The notes under the pieces: generated by a model
Told to the model about the DNA's origin: nothing
Databases searched by the model: none
Seen by the model: the letters and a program-made list of their open reading frames with translations, nothing else
Made by a program: the position numbers and the translations under genes
Source of the DNA: Rubripirellula sp.
Lineage (GTDB): Bacteria > Planctomycetota > Planctomycetia > Pirellulales > Pirellulaceae
DNA: 64,000 nucleotides
Reading direction: 5' to 3'
NCBI GenBank assembly: GCA_965216875.1
Contig: OZ244207.1
Span: 4,704,001-4,768,000 of the forward strand
Part shown: piece by piece, positions 59,065-64,000 of the stretch
Numbering within the stretch: position 1 is the first letter of the stretch
Layout: every line of letters begins with the position of its first letter

Positions 59065-60405
59065 TTAGGCACTTCTCATTTCGTTGATTCGTTCGCCCGC
59101 TTCGCCACGCACAAATTGTCGAACTCGCCGATCTTCGGCATGTTCGAGGTCACTTGGCGGACCATCAAACAGGACTTGTGACTCGTGGTCGTCCAGTCGC
59201 ATGCGTGGATAAAACATCAACACGCGATCGGCAACCTTGCGAGCCGTGTTCATATCGTGCGTGACCACCACGCTTGTAACCGGGTAGCGACGCCGGGTAT
59301 CGAGGATCAACTCATTGATCACATCGCTCATGATCGGATCGAGTCCCGTAGTCGGCTCGTCGTACACGACAAGCTCCGGGCGCAAAATCAAAGCTCGTGC
59401 CAACCCGACACGTTTGCGCATCCCACCGGACAGTTCTGCGGGGCGTTTTCGACTCACTTCGGCGGGCAAGCCGACTTCGGCAAGGTGAGTCATCACGCGG
59501 TCGCGCACTTCCGACTCGGCGACCGACTCGTTTTGCCTTAACGGAAAGGCGACGTTGTCAAAGATTGACATGCTGTCGAACAGTGCCGCATTCTGAAAAA
59601 CGAAACCAAACCGCCGGCGTGTATCGGTCAACTCTTCGTGGCTCATGTCCGCGAGCCAACGTCCGTCGAAACCGAGCCGACCTTTTGTTGGACTGATCAA
59701 ACCGACGATCGTTTTCATGAAGACCGTCTTGCCGCAACCACTTTCGCCAATGATCGCTACGGTTTGGCCACGTCGAATCTGAAGATTGATATCTTTCAGG
59801 ACGGTTTGACCGCCGAATCGCACCATCACATCGTCCGACTCGACCAGCACTCCATCACCAGCTGGTTGTCGCGATTGGCTCGCCGCGGACGGTCGTTGAC
59901 TGTCTTGCTCGGAAGCGTCCTTTGCAGAAGCAATGTTGGGTTTCGCAGCAACCGTTGGACGCGGCTTGTCGCGAATGATCTCGATCTTGGTCTTGGTCGG
60001 CTCTGGTTCCGGCTCCGAAACAGGTTGGGGCTCCGCAGCAGGTTGGGGCGCCGCAGCAAGTTCAGACTCCGCCACGTCATCCGACGTGCTAGACGCAGGC
60101 TCCTCCCAGCGATCGGACGCTTGGTCCCACGCTTCCTCATCGGCCTCTTCATGAAAGACTTCGTCTTGCGCCTCTTCATCATCAACCGCAAACGATTCAC
60201 TCACAACTTCGACCTGTCGCGGTGTCGCTTCATCGTCGATGAACGGCCCATCGTCTTCGGTCGGCCCATCGTCCACCGACGGATCGGCCTCGTCATCGTC
60301 ACCGTATTGATCCTCGTGATCGTGATACGCGACTTCTTCGTCGGGCGTGAGTTCGTCTTCGGGCTCGAACTCGTCTTCGGGCGTCAGCTCGTCATCCTTA
60401 CTCAT
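59065..60405 (-). CDS. mlaF: MlaF/Mkl-family ABC ATPase with acidic N-terminal extension
   Basis: GESGCGKT, FQNAALFDSM, LSGGMRKRVGLARA, YDEPTTGLDP; ATGA overlap with mlaE. Confidence 0.9.
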   Translation of the reverse strand: MSKDDELTPEDEFEPEDELTPDEEVAYHDHEDQYGDDDEADPSVDDGPTEDDGPFIDDEATPRQVEVVSESFAVDDEEAQDEVFHEEADEEAWDQASDRWEEPASSTSDDVAESELAAAPQPAAEPQPVSEPEPEPTKTKIEIIRDKPRPTVAAKPNIASAKDASEQDSQRPSAASQSRQPAGDGVLVESDDVMVRFGGQTVLKDINLQIRRGQTVAIIGESGCGKTVFMKTIVGLISPTKGRLGFDGRWLADMSHEELTDTRRRFGFVFQNAALFDSMSIFDNVAFPLRQNESVAESEVRDRVMTHLAEVGLPAEVSRKRPAELSGGMRKRVGLARALILRPELVVYDEPTTGLDPIMSDVINELILDTRRRYPVTSVVVTHDMNTARKVADRVLMFYPRMRLDDHESQVLFDGPPSDLEHAEDRRVRQFVRGEAGERINEMRSA

Positions 60406-61304
60406 ATCAGCGACGGTGCTCCCGCATAAAGCCTGAAGTAGATCGCATCCAGGATAATGGTCAGGCAAAGGTCCATGACCAAGATCATGACGAATGAGTA
60501 GACGAATGCGGTGGTTGCCGCTTTGCCAACACCCTCGGCACCCGCTTCACAGTGGAAGCCGCGATAGCAACTAACGACCGCGATAATGCCGCCGAAAAAG
60601 ACACTCTTGAACAACCCACTGAAAAGGTCGTATCCCATCACGCCTTCGCGCGAGTAGTTCAAATAGGCCGCGTGATCGATCCCCAAAATGATCACGCTAT
60701 AAAAATAGCCGCCAACGATCCCCATGAAGTCAGCCATGATCGTTAGCGCGGGAATCAGGAAGATGCACGCGAGGAATCGCGGCACAACCAGATAGTGAAT
60801 CGGATCGGCGCCCATCGTGGTGAGTGCATCGATTTGTTCGGTCACTCGCATCGTGCCGAGGACCGCCGCCATCGCACTCCCGACGCGGCCGGCCAACATC
60901 GTGGCGGCGAGCACGGGACCGAGCTCGCGCACGAGCGTTCCGTTGATCACGACACCGAGTCGAGTTTCCAGACCGATTTGATGGAATTGGTGATAGCTTT
61001 GAACCGCCAACACCATACCGATGAATGTTCCCGTGAGTGCCACCACAGGAAGGCTCAACACGCCGACCTGATAGAAGTTGACCATGATCGTTCCGCGACG
61101 TGGCAGTCGCGTGAACATCCAGACGAACATGCGCCAAACAAAGATTGCCATGTCGCCCATCGTGGTGACACCATCGACAACCGCCGACCCCCACTGGATG
61201 ACCCAGCGAGCGACCGGTCCTGGTGGCTTGTCGTTCGGGAGTGTCGAGCTGGACAAATTGGCGACCCGCAAAAAGGCGTGTTTCACGCTTGCTGCTGCGC
61301 TCAA
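60402..61304 (-). CDS. mlaE: MlaE-family ABC permease
   Basis: RELGPVL, AGRVGS, MRVTEQIDAL, GAEGVG.A.T. Start may be TTG 61256. Confidence 0.93.
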   Translation of the reverse strand: MSAAASVKHAFLRVANLSSSTLPNDKPPGPVARWVIQWGSAVVDGVTTMGDMAIFVWRMFVWMFTRLPRRGTIMVNFYQVGVLSLPVVALTGTFIGMVLAVQSYHQFHQIGLETRLGVVINGTLVRELGPVLAATMLAGRVGSAMAAVLGTMRVTEQIDALTTMGADPIHYLVVPRFLACIFLIPALTIMADFMGIVGGYFYSVIILGIDHAAYLNYSREGVMGYDLFSGLFKSVFFGGIIAVVSCYRGFHCEAGAEGVGKAATTAFVYSFVMILVMDLCLTIILDAIYFRLYAGAPSLI

Positions 61305-61399
61305 TACGCAATGAGCGCGCAGCGACCCACGTCCGTGTGTCCTAAGGAGTATCGGTTAGACCGACCTTGCGGGTTGAGAAGAGTTTGCCCGTTCTTTGC

Positions 61400-61771
61400 G
61401 AGCCGAACGCGCTGGCGTCGGGCCTTACACAACTCACAGTAGCTACGCTCGCCAGAGCGTGGTTGTTGCGAGAACCACCTTCTGGCGAAGGTAGCTACCG
61501 CCGGAATCTTCAGACCCTTCCGCCTAAAGGCGGGAATACGAACGGATCGTGAGCCGAACGCGCTTGCGTCGGGCCGTACACAACTCACCGTAGCTACGCT
61601 CGCCAGAGCGTTGTTGTTGCGAGAACCACCTTCTGGCGAAGGTAGCTACCGCCGGAATCTTCAGCCCCTTCCGCCTAAAGGCGGGACGACGAACGGAGCT
61701 CCGCAAACGTTGCGATTGCGGGCGCTGCTTTCGCGGAGCGAAAGGCGACTTTCTTCTGGCGAAGGTAACTA
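61400..61771. repeat. Tandem duplication of a 151-bp REP mosaic (A + B doublet + C-like), then CTTTCGC-GGA-GCGAAAG hairpin and partial B
   Basis: Units start at 61400 and 61551 with few mismatches. Confidence 0.9.
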
Positions 61772-61775
61772 CGAA

Positions 61776-63200
61776 CTAGGCGCCAGCAAATTGAAGCCGG
61801 GGATCATCGAGCCCCAAACGCTTCATTTTCTTGTAGAGGGTGGTTCGATTGATATCGAGCGCATCGGCCGTCGCCGCGCGATTCCAATTGTGGACACGCA
61901 ATGCTTGCAAAATGATTTGGCGTTCGGGTCCTTCCAGTGCCTCACGCAGTGTTAACCCATTGGCCTCGGCGAGGTTGAAGGCTGGCTGTGAAACTTCGCC
62001 TCCAAGCGGGCTCGCGGCAGCGCGGCCGGTCAGTTCGGGCGGCAGGTCGTCCATCGTCAGGACGTCACCTCGAGACAACAGCACCGCTCGTTCGACCACG
62101 TTCTCGAGTTGTCGAACGTTGCCGGGCCAGTCGTAGGACTGGAGGGCTTTCATTGCGGCAGCATCGAATCCTTCGATGTCGCGACCGCACGTTTCCGCCA
62201 CTTCACGAAGGAAGTGATCGACCAACAAGGGGACATCACCAGCCCGTTCGCGGAGAGCAGGCAAGACGATGTTGACGACGTTGATTCGGTAGTAAAGGTC
62301 TTGTCGAAAATCGCCGTCAACGACCGACTTGGCTAAGTCTTCGTTGGTCGCCAAGATCACGCGCGTGTCGACGGCGTGTGTTTCAGTGCCACCGAGTGGT
62401 TCGAACTGAAACTCTTGCAGCACGCGAAGCAGTTTGACTTGCATCGCTTGGGTCGCTGTTCCGATCTCGTCGAGGAACAACGTGCCGCCATCGGCAAGGT
62501 CGAACTTACCTGCTTTGTCACTGTTTGCACCGGTGAAGGCGCCTGCAACGTGACCAAACAGTTCGCTTTCGAGCAATGTATCGGGAAGCGCACCACATGC
62601 CACTTCGACGAACGGACCGCCGCGACGAGCGCTACGAGCGTGAATGGCTCGCGCGATCATGCTTTTCCCCGTCCCGTTTTCGCCCGTGATCAGAATGGAT
62701 GCTTTCGCGTCCGCAACGCTGTCGATCACATCAAAGATCTTCAGCATCCGATAGTCGTGACTGAGAATATTCTCGAGACCGGAGCGACGATCGAGTTGAG
62801 CGCGGAGGGTTTCGTTTTCTTTTGTGATTTCGCGTTGCGAGATGGCGCGGTTGATTGCCAACTGCAACTCGTCATCGATCAGCGGCTTGGTCAGCAGATC
62901 GAATGCGCCAGCACGCACAGCCTGGACCGCGGTGTCGGGAGTGGCAAATCCGGTGATCACCAACACCGCAGTATCGGGGTGCCGCTTGCGAGAATGGGTG
63001 ATCAAATCGAACCCGTCTTCTTCGCCTAAGCGAAGGTCGGTGAGCAAAAGGTCGTATTCACCATTTCTTAACGCAGTTTTTCCTGCGTCGATCGTGTGGG
63101 CCACATCGACCGTATACGACAGTTCGCGCAACCATGCTGCCATCGAGTCAGCGAGGTGGCGATCGTCGTCGACCAGCAGAATCGATGGACAAACAGTCAT
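61776..63200 (-). CDS. Sigma-54-dependent response regulator (NtrC/AtoC family)
   Basis: Receiver (VDDD, TDLRL, KP), [28 protein letters not shown], Fis-type HTH. Confidence 0.95.
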   Translation of the reverse strand: MTVCPSILLVDDDRHLADSMAAWLRELSYTVDVAHTIDAGKTALRNGEYDLLLTDLRLGEEDGFDLITHSRKRHPDTAVLVITGFATPDTAVQAVRAGAFDLLTKPLIDDELQLAINRAISQREITKENETLRAQLDRRSGLENILSHDYRMLKIFDVIDSVADAKASILITGENGTGKSMIARAIHARSARRGGPFVEVACGALPDTLLESELFGHVAGAFTGANSDKAGKFDLADGGTLFLDEIGTATQAMQVKLLRVLQEFQFEPLGGTETHAVDTRVILATNEDLAKSVVDGDFRQDLYYRINVVNIVLPALRERAGDVPLLVDHFLREVAETCGRDIEGFDAAAMKALQSYDWPGNVRQLENVVERAVLLSRGDVLTMDDLPPELTGRAAASPLGGEVSQPAFNLAEANGLTLREALEGPERQIILQALRVHNWNRAATADALDINRTTLYKKMKRLGLDDPRLQFAGA

Positions 63201-63480
63201 GTACCGTACACGCAATTATCTGTGGACCTTCAGTACCAACCCGGCTGAAAACGTTCGCAAAGCCACCTGAATGCTGGTACTGTGAAAGAACCGCGTTCCC
63301 AAAGTCGCGTCCGCAAAACGCAATGCGACCGAAAAACAGAGGTTCTCTGGGGAGATTTAGGTCATGGTTAACGTCTGGTCAAAGAAGTTGAGCCATATGG
63401 GCTCAATCGGTACCCAACCTGGGGAGCCCAGACCCCCACACTCCACCCTCCTGGGCCAGTGGCGATTAGCCACAATGACT

Positions 63481-63507
63481 GCAAGTCGTTTGTTCACAAT
63501 GACTTGC
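63481..63507. promoter_or_regulatory. Dyad site GCAAGTCGTT-N7-AATGACTTGC
   Basis: 10-bp arms with one mismatch, in the divergent promoter region. Confidence 0.4.
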
Positions 63508-63601
63508 GTTAAACTCTCACCCTAGTAACGACGAATGATTCGGTGAACAATCGTCGCGACGACGTCAGGCAGCTGAATACGGGGTGTTGGTTTTTTCGGA
63601 T

Positions 63602-64000
63602 ATGTCGATGGTATTGAGGGTATTAGTTGTTGATGACCACGAGGTCGCACGCCAGGGCTTGAAGGAGCTTCTCGACGGACAACAGATTGCGATCGCCGCT
63701 TCTGTTTCTACCGCTGACGAAGCACATGCCGCACTTGAATCAACTTCAATTGATGTGGTGCTGCTTGATGTTCGCATGCAAGACACCGATGGCTTGTCGA
63801 TGCTCGAAGCGATTCGCAAGAAATGGGATGACTTACCGGTGCTGATGCTCAGCACCTATGACAATCCCACTTACGTTGCTCGCGCCGCTGCGTTGGGCGC
63901 GAATGATTATCTGCTGAAGAGTGCAGATCGTGATTACCTTGCCGAAGCGATTGACCGTGCGGTCAACGCTAGGCCCCTACCGGCGCAAAGTCGGTTGGCG
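63602..64000 (+). CDS. NarL/FixJ-type response regulator, 3' end outside the window
   Basis: Not in the ORF track; translated by hand: MSMVLRVLVVDDHEVARQGL...VLLDVRM...DGL...VLMLSTYDNPTYVARAAALGANDYLLK. Confidence 0.9.
   Translation, partial: MSMVLRVLVVDDHEVARQGLKELLDGQQIAIAASVSTADEAHAALESTSIDVVLLDVRMQDTDGLSMLEAIRKKWDDLPVLMLSTYDNPTYVARAAALGANDYLLKSADRDYLAEAIDRAVNARPLPAQSRLA

Noticed and set aside
61400..61697. Repeat-spacer pattern as CRISPR
   Set aside because: The intervening sequences are themselves duplicated.
63231..63282. c-di-GMP-I riboswitch suggested by CGCAAAGCC inside a CAGTACCA/TGGTACTG stem
   Set aside because: Lacks the GGCAAAC-stem-GNRA arrangement and the downstream receptor stem.

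Overview
This is a 64-kb core-chromosome segment, most likely from a planctomycete (Pirellulaceae-like). That is inferred from the gene content and protein style: PQQ-type propeller, ThuA, DUF4912, PilM-PilN fusion, Hanks kinase, Tat-signal TIM barrel. It contains a complete F1Fo ATP synthase operon (two accessory genes plus atpBEFHAGDC), mlaEFD, folD, cysI, a DEAD-box helicase, an SF2 (res-subunit-like) helicase, three further ABC systems, two-component and c-di-GMP signalling genes, and a T2SS/type IV pilus hybrid operon (GspGHIJK, PilMN fusion, PilO-cadherin-PilP-like fusion) with no secretin, ATPase or platform gene. One complete IS1380-family element (14-bp TIRs, CTAG duplication) has inserted into the centre of a REP repeat. 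Intergenic regions are packed with mosaics of at least six REP-like palindrome families. The most notable observations are: (1) a major-vault-protein/SPFH-like protein fused to a GspE/PilB N-terminal domain, with an internal ribosome-binding site; (2) a circularly permuted RbsB-type sugar-binding lipoprotein; (3) a candidate ~140-nt three-hairpin sRNA with a C-rich anti-SD-like loop; (4) a tandem GGDEF protein whose I-site sits only on the degenerate domain; (5) nested and tandem REP mosaics. No rRNA, tRNA or CRISPR array was recognised. All family calls come from motif recognition by eye, not database searches.
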